This document shows, in pieces, positions 23,344 through 35,663 of a DNA stretch of 64,000 bases (the stretch's first letter is position 1; each line of letters starts with the position of its first letter). The stretch lies in contig NMRA01000282.1 in NCBI GenBank assembly GCA_002633005.1, forward strand, positions 395,748 to 459,747. Reading direction: 5' to 3'. Source of the DNA: Phoronis australis (taxonomy: Eukaryota; Animalia; Phoronida). Position numbers and translations under genes: made by a program. The notes under the pieces were generated by a model that did no database searches, was not told the DNA's origin, and was given only the letters and a program-made list of their open reading frames with translations.

Positions 23344-26300
23344 TTAAATGACAGACTTAAAGCCACTTCAAGGCTCAGTATGGTGTCCCAAAACAACTTC
23401 TCTACAGGTGCATGTTTTCTTCCAAAAGCAACTTCTTCTCATTCTTATCCTTTGCTTGAATTGAAATTGGCCGCGATAAATCAACTGATACTCTCTTTGT
23501 GACCCAGGGTTCTCCCTACATGTATTCAAACCTTAAGTGCTGCACTATGCTTGAAATGTTTTGTACCATGTCTTGCGCCATGCTTCATAAAGCCCTGAGC
23601 CACCACGTCTTGCGCCATGCTTCAGAAGCCCGGAGCCATGTTTAAAATCTTAAGCCACATTTGAAAAGCCAGAGTTACAATACAAAGGATTGACATAGCA
23701 TTGCAGAATGGTAATTATTTTTATCATTTTGCTCTGAAAATGATACAGACGCCCAGCAAGTGAAAACAGTGTGAAACTAAATGCAGTTTTTCTGAATTAA
23801 CAGAAAGGAAATTAGGATACAAAAACAAGATGCGGAACTTGCACCATGATTGAATTTTTACTCTGGGAGAACCTAAATGTGACCCTACTGCTTGAGCGAC
23901 AGCCCAATGTGACAGCATGCTAGTACAGTAGTTGTGTCTTGTCTGTAAATTATATTTTTGCATACTGTTATACTTACACGAAGTTTTATAAGTTTTTTAT
24001 GTGTATTTATCCAACACATAGCATTACTGTCTCCTTCACAATATTTTCAGTAATCATCTAGTCACAGTGGTCAATGATGTCATCAACAGAAATCTTTGTT
24101 ATGGTAAAACCTCACCAAGTGAGTGGTCGACAAGTGAAATTTTATTTTCTCTCATTTTTTTCCATGCACCAAATTAAAGCTTTCTCATGTTCAAGGTCTG
24201 TACCATAATTATCATCAAATATTGCTTTGAAAAATTGTGCGCATTCTCAACAAGGTAGGAAGCTTTCCAAAAATGAAAAAAGGACATTTTAATTATTTTT
24301 GTGTGAAATTGGTGAGAGTTTGCTGAATATGGCTGAGGATCTTTAAAAGACCATCCACAATTATCTACATTTGACAAAATCAAATTTAGACTTCTATTCC
24401 ACGCATTTAGCTAAATACATGAATTATATTAAACATAATATTATACTATGATATTGATGTTCTAGGAGTTACCTCTCATATAAAGCATACGTGCCAACTA
24501 TCTCACGTTTGGCGGGACTGTACAGCATTTGACCTCGACCATCAGGATGTTTGGACATTTGCCCCTCTTGGTATGGCTTGGGTCTAGAGGTCCTGCTTTT
24601 TTGTTTTCGAATGTTGCAACAGTGTATATTAGGTCATGGTCTTATATTTGAGTTTGTTGTTCCGCTCGCTTGGGATTGTTGCAATTTTTATTGTTTAGAA
24701 GGCCACGGCCTAACTTTACAACACAAGTTGAAGTGTTTAGTCCTTTACGTATAACTGAGTGAATCTTTTCAAGGAATTGTTTCATCCGACCAGTATTTTA
24801 CCATGATTGTGCTCACGGTTGATTGACCAGGAGCAAAACAACTTGCCTTGTATCAAAGAAAGAGTATGACCTTATCCTTTAATACAAGGCCTTTTGTTAC
24901 TTAATAGACTCTCACCTTTATTTATGTACAATTTTTTTTCTAACATAAATGTGAAATGCATTTCAAACTCATCACAAGTTTTTAGCTCATCCGACATCAT
25001 GGACCAATAAGTAGTTCAGCTTTTTGTTATTCTTACCAGATTATAGAAAGTGGTGTAAGATAAAGGTCAAGAGAGGGCGCTGATGCTGGATGCCCACGCT
25101 TCTTCTATCTTCTGTCTCCAGTACTGGTCTGATTTTACCTTATTTAAGAAGATCCTCGTCACAGAATCCAGGTACTACAGACAGAAGTTTAGAGAAGCAG
25201 TGGAAATCCTGGACAGGAAAATCCAAAGATGGGTCTTGCAAATACTGCGAGATTTGAGGACAGCTAACAAAGAATACTTAGGCACTTGATCTCAGATAAA
25301 CTACAAACTCACAGAGATGTTAAAATATTCCTTTCTTCTGCTGCCCTTAATCTTGTCTTCAATCAGGATGATGATCTGACCAACGCAATGTCAACTTTTA
25401 CTAGAATGCCTTTATTTTTTATTTTATTATTGTTTTGCAACTTCCATGTACCTATAACTACAATAAATATATTGTTACACAAACATATGCATAGTATTCG
25501 TTAATAAATATCCAGCAACTGTCAGTTGTACTAGACAATCCACAAGTGACGCAAAGGTTGGAAATATATGCAAAGACAGCAGTTAGGATAGCAAGCTGTT
25601 AAAAACCATATCTTTTGTGTCTTCATCAGCAATGCACTGATTTTGGAACTAATTAATTTATATCTAAATCAGTTGACAAAGGTGCAGCAAAAATCTGAAG
25701 CCACGTCACACTCAATTTCTTGGTGCATTTTTTATTTTCGAATTATCCATTGTGTGTTCAAACCTTAACCACCAAAACTCAAACTTTTAATTATCCTGTA
25801 GCACATTTACGAGCTAAATTCACTAGACTCAAATACTGTACCATCACAAGGTAACAACAAAAAAGCATATTTGGTTTACTAGGTCTCTATACTCTGACTC
25901 ATTTTGAAATCTGCACTCACAACTAAGTTGAAAAACACCCACCCACTTCAGTTTCACTAAAAGTCTTGTGTCATTGCTAAAAAGCTGCACAACACCATTT
26001 AAACAAGGGTAAGCTAGGAAGGTTTAAAATGCCATGACTTACCAAAAAACAAAGCCCTCATCACTTTTGCTCATCTCAGTTGAAAAAGCAACTAAAATAA
26101 CCGCACCACCAAGTCGATTTTAAAAAACACCCAGTTATGTTTTTTGGCCTTACACACCATTTTAACTTCACTCAAAAATACTTAAAATTGCAATTCTTCA
26201 GAATTTCAATTGTTGATTACCTAACTGCAATGAAGGAAACTTTTAAGAAATCTACCTAGTGCAGACTAAGCCAGTAATAGACTAAAATTATGTTAATCTT

Positions 26301-27465
26301 TATTTTGTGGAGAATTTTTACATAAAAGAATTTCTTTTGTTAGTCAGATTGTGTTTTATCAAGTTTAAAAACTTGACAGAACAATTAGTGTACGCTTAAC
26401 CATATGTAGAAAATATGTGCATGGCTCTAGAGTCTTCAACACTGAAGTTGGGAACTAACACCAACAAGATTAAGCATTTTATATGTACAATAGTGAAAGC
26501 CCCTCTTTGGGGACCTCGTTCAGCAGACAAGTCTGTTTACTGTGACCTGGCCAATTCATAAGAGGACAAGAAAGACAAAATTCCTGCAAGAAATCAACAT
26601 AAAATGTGAAGTGCTGGGTTACCATGGAGATATTTGTGAGTATAACAAGCAAGGCATCTGATGTCTCAACACTGATCTAAAACAGTAATGACATCATTCA
26701 CAAATGACAAAATAAATCAGTTAGGTCAATCAGCTGGTATAGTTTGCTGTTCAGATTTAGAGTCCACAGCACACACAATATTGAATACACCTACCTACAT
26801 ATTCCAGGGTGGTTGTGCCTAGCTACTGATAACCACAACTATAAAGACATAAAGCAGTGGTTATAGAATAGAGGGACTGGACTTGGATATAGAGATCATA
26901 TCAGGTAGAGAAATAAAAGCTGCACCTTTGCCTCTTGTTGAATACACTCAGCCATGATAAAATGTGACTTCTGTTACAATCTTGTCAGAAGAAACAGGAC
27001 TACAAGAAAATGTGTTCATGTGTCTGACCTTGAACCTCTGACTTGAGTTGAGAAGTAATGCTTGGTCATGACGACAAAAACCTTGGGTAGTCAGGTAAGT
27101 TGGTAAGAAGAAACATATGCCATGACATTCAGAGAGGACATGGAAGGTAATCAATGCTGAAATAAATTCTATGTTGTGTTTAAGGAAAATGAAAAACGCT
27201 AAAATGTTTCATTCCACACTATCAATGTGAATCGTAGATAACCACCATGACATTAACTCGATAATTGTCAGGTAACAGTTTGGGGATGTGATATGGGCTT
27301 ACAGTGACGTTCGGTGTGTGGCTTGATCCATTAAGCTGAATAGGGAAGACCCACCGGAGGACCCCCATTGAAAAGGGTATTGAACAAACTAGGAATTGGT
27401 GTCTTTTCCCATGTCCTAGGTGGCATTGATACTGGCCCACTTTGGATCCTTTGGAGGTATGACTG

Positions 27466-28565
27466 ATGGAAACCCCTCAGACCAATGTCAGCTGGATCAT
27501 TGACACAGCCAATACTGTACAGAGGACCGGTTGTGGTTATCAAAACCTGCTTACTTCTTTGCACAATCAAGAATAGTGATCTTAGATAATGGTAAATAAG
27601 GGACACTGGTAATTGTCCAAAGGATTAATTTACTCAATAACTTCAATGGTGAATGTACACATAAAGTACCTGCCCCAGGATGGGGGTGGGGGGGTCTTGA
27701 TTACATTCAGATTGGGGAACAGCTGGATAATAAGAATTCCCACCGATTTAGAGAGTGGACTCAAGGAAAAGGGTTCCACTTGTAGTTAGATTCCACGAAA
27801 AGTCACCCTAACGTAGCATAACCCATCGTCCTTTTGTACACAACATGGGCATAGTGTTGACAGACCTTGCTATACCAAGACCAGCCAATGCCTGAGTTAA
27901 CTGAATGCGTAACTTTAATTGTGTTTAGCTGCTTTTGTATNTTAGTAATTTTTCAATGTGGGTGTCCAAACTAGAGAAATTCTGATTGACAGGGCGTCCA
28001 AATGATACATTGGGCGTCCTTGCCAGGGCGTCTACATTAGTGCTAGGGCGTCCATTTGGACGCCCAGGACGTACGCTGCATGAAGGCCTGATGGAAACCC
28101 CTCAGACCAATGTCAGCTGGATCATTGACACAGCCAATACTGTACAGAGGACCGGTTGTGGTTATCAATACCTGCTTACTTCTTTGCACAATCAAGAATA
28201 GTGATCTTAGATAATGGTAAATAAGGGACACTGGTAATTGTCCAAAGGATTAATTTACTCAATAACTTCAATGGTGAATGAACACATAAAGTACCTGCCC
28301 CAGGATGGGGGTGGGGGGGTCTTGATTACATTCAGGTTGGGGAACAGCTGGATAATTAGAATTCCCACCGATTTAGAGAGTGGACTCACGGAAAAGGGTT
28401 CCACTTGTAGGGAGATTCCACGAAAAGTCACCCTAACGTAGCATAACCCATCGTCCTTTTGTACACAACATGGGCATAGTGTTGACAGACCTTGCTATAC
28501 CAAGACCAGCCAATGCCTGAGTTAACTGAATGCGTAACTTTAATTGTGTTTAGCTGCTTTTGTAT
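27466..28565. repeat. 475-bp near-identical direct duplication (27466-27940 and 28091-28565) separated by an N and a MITE end
   Basis: The two copies differ at about 7 positions by eye. A single N at 27941 is followed by 27942-28090, which matches the right end of the MITE at 33340-33838. Confidence 0.9.
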
Positions 28566-29440
28566 TAGACTTCGTCTGAACTAGTTGGCACTGGGAACAT
28601 ATTTTAGATCAGCATGATAACCCTATACCAAATTGTCACCTTTCTCACTTGACCGGACTAACATTTCATTGTCTTTGAAGCTTCATCATACTTAACACGG
28701 GGATGTCGATATGCTGTACCGCAATCCGATGCCACGTCTATTCATATTTTGAGATTAGTTCAAGTTCAAAATTGTGTTTTGAACAGAGAGCTGACAGAAA
28801 GTAGCAAAAACGTCGAGAGTACACAAAATGGCAGGAAGAACTTTGCATTCACGTGAAGATGATAGATAATTTAGGACGGTGAAGCAAAATAATCCGCACC
28901 AAACCTTTTGTATTGAGCTTATGTAATCAAACCAACTTTGGTCTGCTTGCTAGTCTGTTTTTTCGAGAGTACCAAAGCCATAAAAGTAACAGATGATGAT
29001 CAAAACCCTTCAGTAGATTTGTGCAGTTAGAAAAGAATCTTTTGTAGTTTCGAAATCTCAAACTGAACCTTTTTAATAGGGTCAATTAAATAATAAAGCC
29101 CACCCGTTTATTAGGAATTTGGTCAGAAAAGGCACCTTTCAGAGAGAAAATGATAGGGTAAACGTCACCCTTCTGAGTGGCACATACCACACACCTCTTC
29201 TAGATAGGAGTACTCCCCGCCCTACACACCAGCCACTTTCAGTACGTTGATCAGTGATACGTAATCAGTTGAGAAATGTAGAGTAACAGATGGCTTACCG
29301 TGTAACCTAGGACAATAAACACAATGGCCAACAGGTGTCAGGAGATGTCAAAGTTAAGACGGCAAACTTATATCTTTTGAGGTTATACATGATCCTATCG
29401 ACAAATCAGTGTATTTAGCCAAATATATACAAAACTATCA

Positions 29441-30170
29441 ATTTTAACATTTGAAGTAAGCACTGTTATAGTATTCTGTTCTATTCAGTTGGATTACTGT
29501 ACCTGTGGATGATAACTCGATATTTTAACATGTGAAGTAAGCACTGTTATAGTATTCTGTTCTATTCAGTTGGATTACTGTACCTGTGGACGATAACTCG
29601 ATATTTTAACATGTGAAGTAAGCACTGTTATAGTATTCTGTTCTATTCAGTTGGATTACTGTACCTGTGGACGATAACTCGATATTTTAACATGTGAAGT
29701 AAGCACTGTTATAGTATTCTGTTCTATTCAGTTGGATTACTGTACCTGTGGACGATAACTCGATATTTTAACATGTGAAGTAAGCACTGTTACGGTAGTA
29801 TTCTGTTCTATTCAGTTGGATTACTGTACCTGTGGACGATAACTCGATATTTTAACATGTGAAGTAAGCACTGTTATAGTATTCTGTTCTATTCAGTTGG
29901 ATTACTGTACCTGTGGACGATAACTCGATATTTTAACATGTGAAGTAAGCACTGTTACAGTATTCTGTTCTATTCAGTTGGATTACTGTACCTGTGGATG
30001 ATAACTCGATATTTTAACATGTGAAGTAAGCACTGTTATAGTATTCTGTTCTATTCAGTTGGATTACTGTACCTGTGGATGATAACTCGATATTTTAACA
30101 TGTGAAGTAAGCACTGTTATAGTATTCTGTTCTATTCAGTTGGATTACTGTACCTGTGGACTCGATATTT
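29441..30170 (+). repeat. 81-bp minisatellite, ~9 near-identical copies
   Basis: Unit attttaacatgtgaagtaagcactgttatagtattctgttctattcagttggattactgtacctgtggaYgataactcgat, starting at 29441, 29522, 29603, 29684, 29765, 29849, 29930, 30011 and 30092. Confidence 0.97.
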
Positions 30171-30602
30171 GCCAATTGAACGTAGGTCAGGCTGCACTTC
30201 AGGGTCCTTTTTCGTTTTCAACTTCCTGCGTCTAATTTGGCCACAAAATTAATATATAAAAGTATATACTTTATACCAGTAGACTGTACGTGGAGTTTTG
30301 TTTCTGACTTCTTATCAATCTGCCATTAATTGAATCGTATGACAATGTCTTTTTTGTAAAATTATAACAGAAAGGTGCATAAACGTTTTCATGATGAAAT
30401 CTCAAAAAAGCTGATTTTCTAAGTTATCATTTTGTTTTTGTTTTTGTTTTATTCAACTTTTGATTTTTTCAAGAAAATCATCATCGAAGCTCTTATTTTA
30501 GATAGCTCCTCATGCTAAAGTGAAACATTTTAAAACAATACCAAACAAATTTTGGAGATCAGTGCACAAAGCAGAGTATCATAAAGCCTCTGCCATTTCT
30601 GA

Positions 30603-31086
30603 AGGCACTTTCATGCTAATGTCGACGCATCGATGTATTTTGGAGTTGCGGCCAGTATGAACGGTTAATTTTGGTCTGGATCGAAGTTAACAGCGCTAGT
30701 TAACTTCCCAGTAAATAGGTGGATTTAACAGCGGAGCGTTGACGCTGAGGTGCAGTATGAACGCTCAACTTCGCTACATCGAAGTTATTGCCAGGGGCCA
30801 CTAGTATCGCCAGCAATAAAAGGGCAGTGTCGTCGCTAATAGTTGCTTATATTTTGTTCGAATAATCACCAATAGAATTAGAAATACGTGTTATGTCAAT
30901 AAGTACATGCAAATTTTTCCAAATTGTCAAATAAAAAATCTTAGTGTGCACACAATGCATCAGTGCTGCCTTCCGATTACTTCCATGTCCGCTAACTACC
31001 AAAGTCAGAATGAACAGTTCAGTTAACTTCGCAGTTGACATTGACACTTAGCACAGACCGGAGCTAAGTCAGTATGAAAGGGCTTT
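30603..31086. mobile_element. MITE-like element with imperfect TIRs
   Basis: aggcactttcatgcta ... tcagtatgaaagggcttt, with internal repeated cagtatgaac motifs. Confidence 0.4.
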
Positions 31087-31565
31087 GAGATATGTTTTGA
31101 AATTAATCAAATCTGGATATTTTTCTCAAGTGTAGTAGATAAAAAGGGAAGCCGGCACTATGCAGGTGTTCATCCAGGACTTCAAAAACAGGGCACCCAC
31201 AATGGGATTTCCAATTTCTCAGGAATCAAACAACAACCCTAGGTCAAATTGTTGTTATTTATTAGTTTTTGCTAAATAACAACATCAAGCATCAATTCAA
31301 TAAGAGCAAAAACACCATCCAATGACCTAAGTACATTATCATGCGGTAAAATCTCATCAATTCAGGGCAAAACACGTTGAAGAATTGATTTTTATTTCTA
31401 ATTTTTTTCATACGATAAACAACACTAAATCTCAATGATTTCCATTTTAAAGATGTATGAGCTATTGTCAGACAATGTTTTGAGAAACTGTCCACATTCA
31501 CAGCAACGTTAGAAGCCATCGAAAATTGAAACGGAATAACGTTGGTGTAAATGTAAGTTTGTGTT

Positions 31566-31627
31566 TGCCTGTGTTCATACATGTGCCTGTGTTCATACAT
31601 GTGCCTGTGTGCATACATGTGCCTGGG
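31566..31627. repeat. 18-bp tandem repeat x3
   Basis: (cctgtgttcatacatgtg)n. Confidence 0.85.
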
Positions 31628-31681
31628 TGTGAATAAATGGAAGTAATATGCTTTTCTCAAACAAAACTGTTAATATATTAA

Positions 31682-32536
31682 AGTTATGTAAGACCTTATT
31701 CAAAAGTCTATGCATTCAATATGGCCATCTTGGATTATACAGCGACACTCGAATCTCACTGTATTTACCTACTATGCTGTTAATCTTTGCTGCCTCGTTT
31801 TCGTGCCGTTGGAATTGCACATCTTATTTGTTGTTGTCTGATTCTTTATAAGTTTTTTTTCGGTTACCATACATTACTCTATTCATGCTTCTTACGCCGT
31901 GGGCTGCAATTCCGACATGAAAAAAGTTTGATAAACCGGACAAATACCCATGGATATGTGACGTGAAATTCTTTGCCTTCCTAACATCAATGAGATACAC
32001 GAAAATGTGCCTGATTTCCAAAAACGAGGTCACGCGCTTTATCACCTGACAGTTCTATAGCCGTGTAATCCGAGACGGCCCTATTGGCCAAATACGTACA
32101 AAACGATAGATTATAAATCAGTAAAAGTACATATTTTCTGAAAGTAGAAAGTCTGCAGAACTTCATTTTTTATTTGTTATCAATTCCCCGTGTGTATTTA
32201 GTAAAATTTAGCAAAAGGAAAGGTACATCAATAACAAAACTATGCCATCAAATTTTGTATGATTTGTAATTGTTCAACATGAATCTAAAAGCCACTACTA
32301 CAATTTTCTAAATTATTTTTTTTCTCGTTTTATCCAATTGTTTATTTTTTCATGAAAATAAAAGGTCGGATATTTTAATAGACCCTCATACAAAAGTGGA
32401 ACATTTTAAAAAAACTCATAAAAACGCTTTGGAGAACAGTGTAAAAAGCATAGTGTCTGAAAGTTTCAGCCATTTTTGAGTTATGATGTTCCGAAGTTGG
32501 CCTAATTTGGACATTTTTCTAGGGTCCAACATAACC
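31682..32536. mobile_element. TTAA-flanked (Kolobok-type) non-autonomous DNA transposon
   Basis: ttaa|AGTTATGTAAGACC ... GGTCCAACATAACC|ttaa imperfect TIRs. Confidence 0.6.
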
Positions 32537-32643
32537 TTAACACGGAGTTGTTCTGATTGTGTTGCAGGTCATTTAGAACCCCAACATCTGTATTGGTAAG
32601 GTTTACAGAACCTATGCAGTGAAGAAGTGAATTGTTTATCAGC

Positions 32644-33168
32644 ATGAACTTACAGACTGTTCTACCCTTCGTGATTGTCACAAGTATATTCTTACTAATG
32701 ACAGCTATCGGGTTAGGCTGTTGGTGTTATCAACGACGTCGCAACAACAAGACCTGCCTACCAGCTACTTGCAGCAAGACATGTTGTAAGGAAAACATAT
32801 TTAATATTCCATGCCGACGAACTAGAACATCTGAGGCAGTCGATGGCAAGGACAATAATTGTGAAACAGTCGAGAGTAAATGTGGTGTGTACAACAGGGA
32901 ATGCTGTAAAGAATGTTCGTATTGGCAAAAACAGCATGTATATTCCGTGGATCAAACAGTACTCACAACAGATGATGACAGATCTTTAGGAAAAACTAGC
33001 AAAGACACAAGGACTAGTCCGAAGTCAATCCTAAAGAAAACTAAACAACAATTTTCCTCAGATGAGCTGTTGACAAAAGGAAGGTCGACGTGCGGTTGTC
33101 TTAAATGTTCATGTTCGTGCTCAAGGTCACCTTCCACTGGTCAAGTGAACTCAGTGGACTCCAGATAG
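32644..33168 (+). CDS. Small single-pass (type III-like) membrane protein, 174 aa, with Cys-rich tail
   Basis: Acceptor gtgttgcag at 32567 and agcATG at 32644. MNLQTVLPFVIVTSIFLLMTAIGLGCWCY-QRRR gives TM, Cys and a basic stretch. Tail has CxxxCxxxCC, ECCKEC, KSILKK and CGCLKCSCSC. Confidence 0.8.
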   Translation: MNLQTVLPFVIVTSIFLLMTAIGLGCWCYQRRRNNKTCLPATCSKTCCKENIFNIPCRRTRTSEAVDGKDNNCETVESKCGVYNRECCKECSYWQKQHVYSVDQTVLTTDDDRSLGKTSKDTRTSPKSILKKTKQQFSSDELLTKGRSTCGCLKCSCSCSRSPSTGQVNSVDSR

Positions 33169-33339
33169 GAGTTACTTAGTCAGTTAAACGGACATTGTTG
33201 GTTTTTGGGCCGAAAATGAATTCTTGAGATTATTGTTGGGTAGAATAGAATTCTTGAAATTAAAAACCAGAGCTATGGTTATATATCAAAATCAGATATT
33301 TATGTGATGCTACAAGAGGGTGATGCTGTTGGGTAGAAT

Positions 33340-33838
33340 CAGGCCTTTATCCAGGATTTCGAAAATAGGGTGTCCAAAATGGGGTTCCCAATATTCCAGG
33401 GCATCCATGATTCCAACGCGTGACACCCCACCCCCAGCAATCACCCCAAACACACAGATTTTTTTACAAAAAAATGCATAGACCAAGGTTTTTACATCTA
33501 TGTTTACAAAACAGCCTTCTGTAGTTAGTATTTTTACTAAAACAAAAATGTAGACCAAGACTTTTACAATGCTATCAACCAAGTGTGAGCATAGCAACAT
33601 TGTATATACTGTGTATATACATTGTATATTTCTTCCTGCTTTGAAAAAAGCCCCCACTGTGAGCCTTCAAAGGCTCCCTAGTATTCATTACAATGTGTGA
33701 GTCCAAACTTGAAAGTGCCCTATTGACAGTGGGCGTCCATACGATACATTGCCAGGGCATCCAGATTAGTGCTAGGGCGTCCATTTGGACGCAGGGCAGC
33801 CATTTGGACGACCAGGACGTAGGCTGTATAAAGGCCTG
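33340..33838. mobile_element. hAT-type MITE with perfect 8-bp TSD
   Basis: CAGGCCTTTATCCAG ... CTGTATAAAGGCCTG TIRs, with TSD ggtagaat at 33332-33339 and 33839-33846. Confidence 0.88.
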
Positions 33839-34579
33839 GGTAGAATTAATTGAAATCGGGCCAGTGACCTCATCAGTTAAAGCTGCATCCCGCCTTGATT
33901 AGCTAGCTAAAACAAAAATCAAATTAGGACTTTTTCCATCATGAAATCGGACTCACAATAATATTTACCATGATAGGATTCTAATTCTGTTGCCAGTTCA
34001 AGTCACAGGTATTGCCTTTTAAGGATGGGTTGGTTGAAACATTGGGTATCATTGTGAGGCCACACTGCCGGTACGACATTGGTCTGGTTTGTGAATGTAT
34101 GGCAGCACCCCACTACCCATAATGTGGAAAAGAATACCTGGAGTCATTATCAACCTGTGCTGTATTTCATGGAAGTATGACATTCATTAGAAAACCTAGC
34201 ACGATCCCTTGCTTTGCTTGTAATGCATGGTGTCATGAAGGGAAGACTTAGTGATCTTGCGTTTTCGCGAGTTTCGTGCATCCATGGAATGTAGACCAGA
34301 ATAATTTTTGGAGTTACAAAGCGAGTTACCATACACTTATGTATAACAAAAATTAACCCAATACTACCCATTTACTTACTATGGTTAAATATGTTTCATG
34401 AAAATAATAATTTTAACCCTGAAAAAACATGAGACATACAACATGACTGTGAACCATGAAAGAGAAGATTAGAAAGCTCCTTTTTTCAGTGAATCCACTG
34501 ACGAGTCGGTGGTTAACATTACAGCAACTGCCAGACAGAAAACATGAAGCTTATTCTTCAATGGTTGAAAGTACGTTCT

Positions 34580-34721
34580 CAAGGGCGGCACAGCACTGAA
34601 CTATGTGGGGGGCTACAGCTCCCAGCCCCCTATGGTAAGCACTACCCATGCCCATGGGTGGCGTAGCACTGAAATAAGTGGGGGTTATAGCCCCCCAGTC
34701 CCCTATGGTGTGCCACCCATG
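34580..34721. mobile_element. ~140-bp GC-rich MITE built from two tandem half-units
   Basis: caagggcggcac ... gtgccacccatg TIRs. Same family as 38118-38259. Confidence 0.6.
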
Positions 34722-34739
34722 GTTATGACTTGTCCTTTC

Positions 34740-35663
34740 CTTAGTTCCTGTCCCAATAATACACCTTGTGCCCATCACAGACATCTACTTTGGGCATCTG
34801 TATTGTTCCAAAATTTAGCCATCAATTATCCTTCTGGTAACAGGACAAATCCTCCAGCACAACATAGGACAAAGGCTCTCATTTTAAGACACTGCAGTCT
34901 CCACAACAACGAGTGCTTTCGCAGAGTTGCACAGCATTAGAAATCCAAGTGAAATTGATCACAATCTGCCATTGGTTACACAAATGCGCTTGAGAAGTAA
35001 AGCAATGCAATCTGCCTGGAGTGGTAAAACAATACACCCGATGTATACAACGTTTAGCACTGTCAGATAATTCTAACCATTCCAATACTGGCATATCAAG
35101 CATTGTATTTCCCACGTTCTCCTTGTCGCCAATTGTCTATGTACTTGCAGCATCAGTCGGCACAAAGTCATTTCTGACGAGCATCAGCATGGTCGAAAAA
35201 TCACAACAGGTGTAGAAAGGAGATCGTTGACAATACTCCTTAGATGCTTTGAATTTGCATCCAAGTCACAGGTGAAGTGCAGGTTCTGCTGAGCATTGTC
35301 CATCAAATAATCAATCGACTCTAGTGATAAAGAACATTCATAAGAGTCACTGCTCTATCAAGAAGTGCTAAAGCTCTCGCACATCTCCACTGATGTTTCA
35401 AAGCACTTTCCTGGTGCAAGAACAGAAGCATTAACGTGTTCCGCAAGATGTTAATCCAAACGACTAAAGTTTTTGAATGTCTTGTGAAAGCCTAGACTAT
35501 TTCTTTCATTAACTGCTATCAACGAGTCCGAGAGCCAATTTCTTTGACCAGGTGGAATCTTCAATGTGGATTGCATGTGATTACCGAGGAGCCATAAAAC
35601 TACCACTGAGTAAAAAGCGAGAATAAAGAAGACTAAACGAATGACACGTTGAATAAAGAACAT
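34740..35663 (-). pseudogene. Decayed gene for a type II membrane protein (family not recognised)
   Basis: Acceptor ttttatctgcag at 35675-35686, then aagATG. MFFIQRVIRLVFFILAFYSVVVLWLLG is a signal-anchor-like segment. The frame continues protein-like past stops (..RLD*HLAEHVNASVLAPGKCFETSVEMCESFSTS**SSDSYECSLSLESIDYLMDNAQQNLHFTCDLDANSKHLRSIVNDLLS..) and then appears to frameshift. The 3' boundary is approximate. Confidence 0.5.

Noticed and set aside
27222-27860. ORFs within the duplicated segment
   Set aside because: Short, interrupted in the frames read, and no recognisable domain.
29441-30170. CRISPR array
   Set aside because: The units are identical along their whole length with no unique spacers, the context is eukaryotic, and there are no cas genes.
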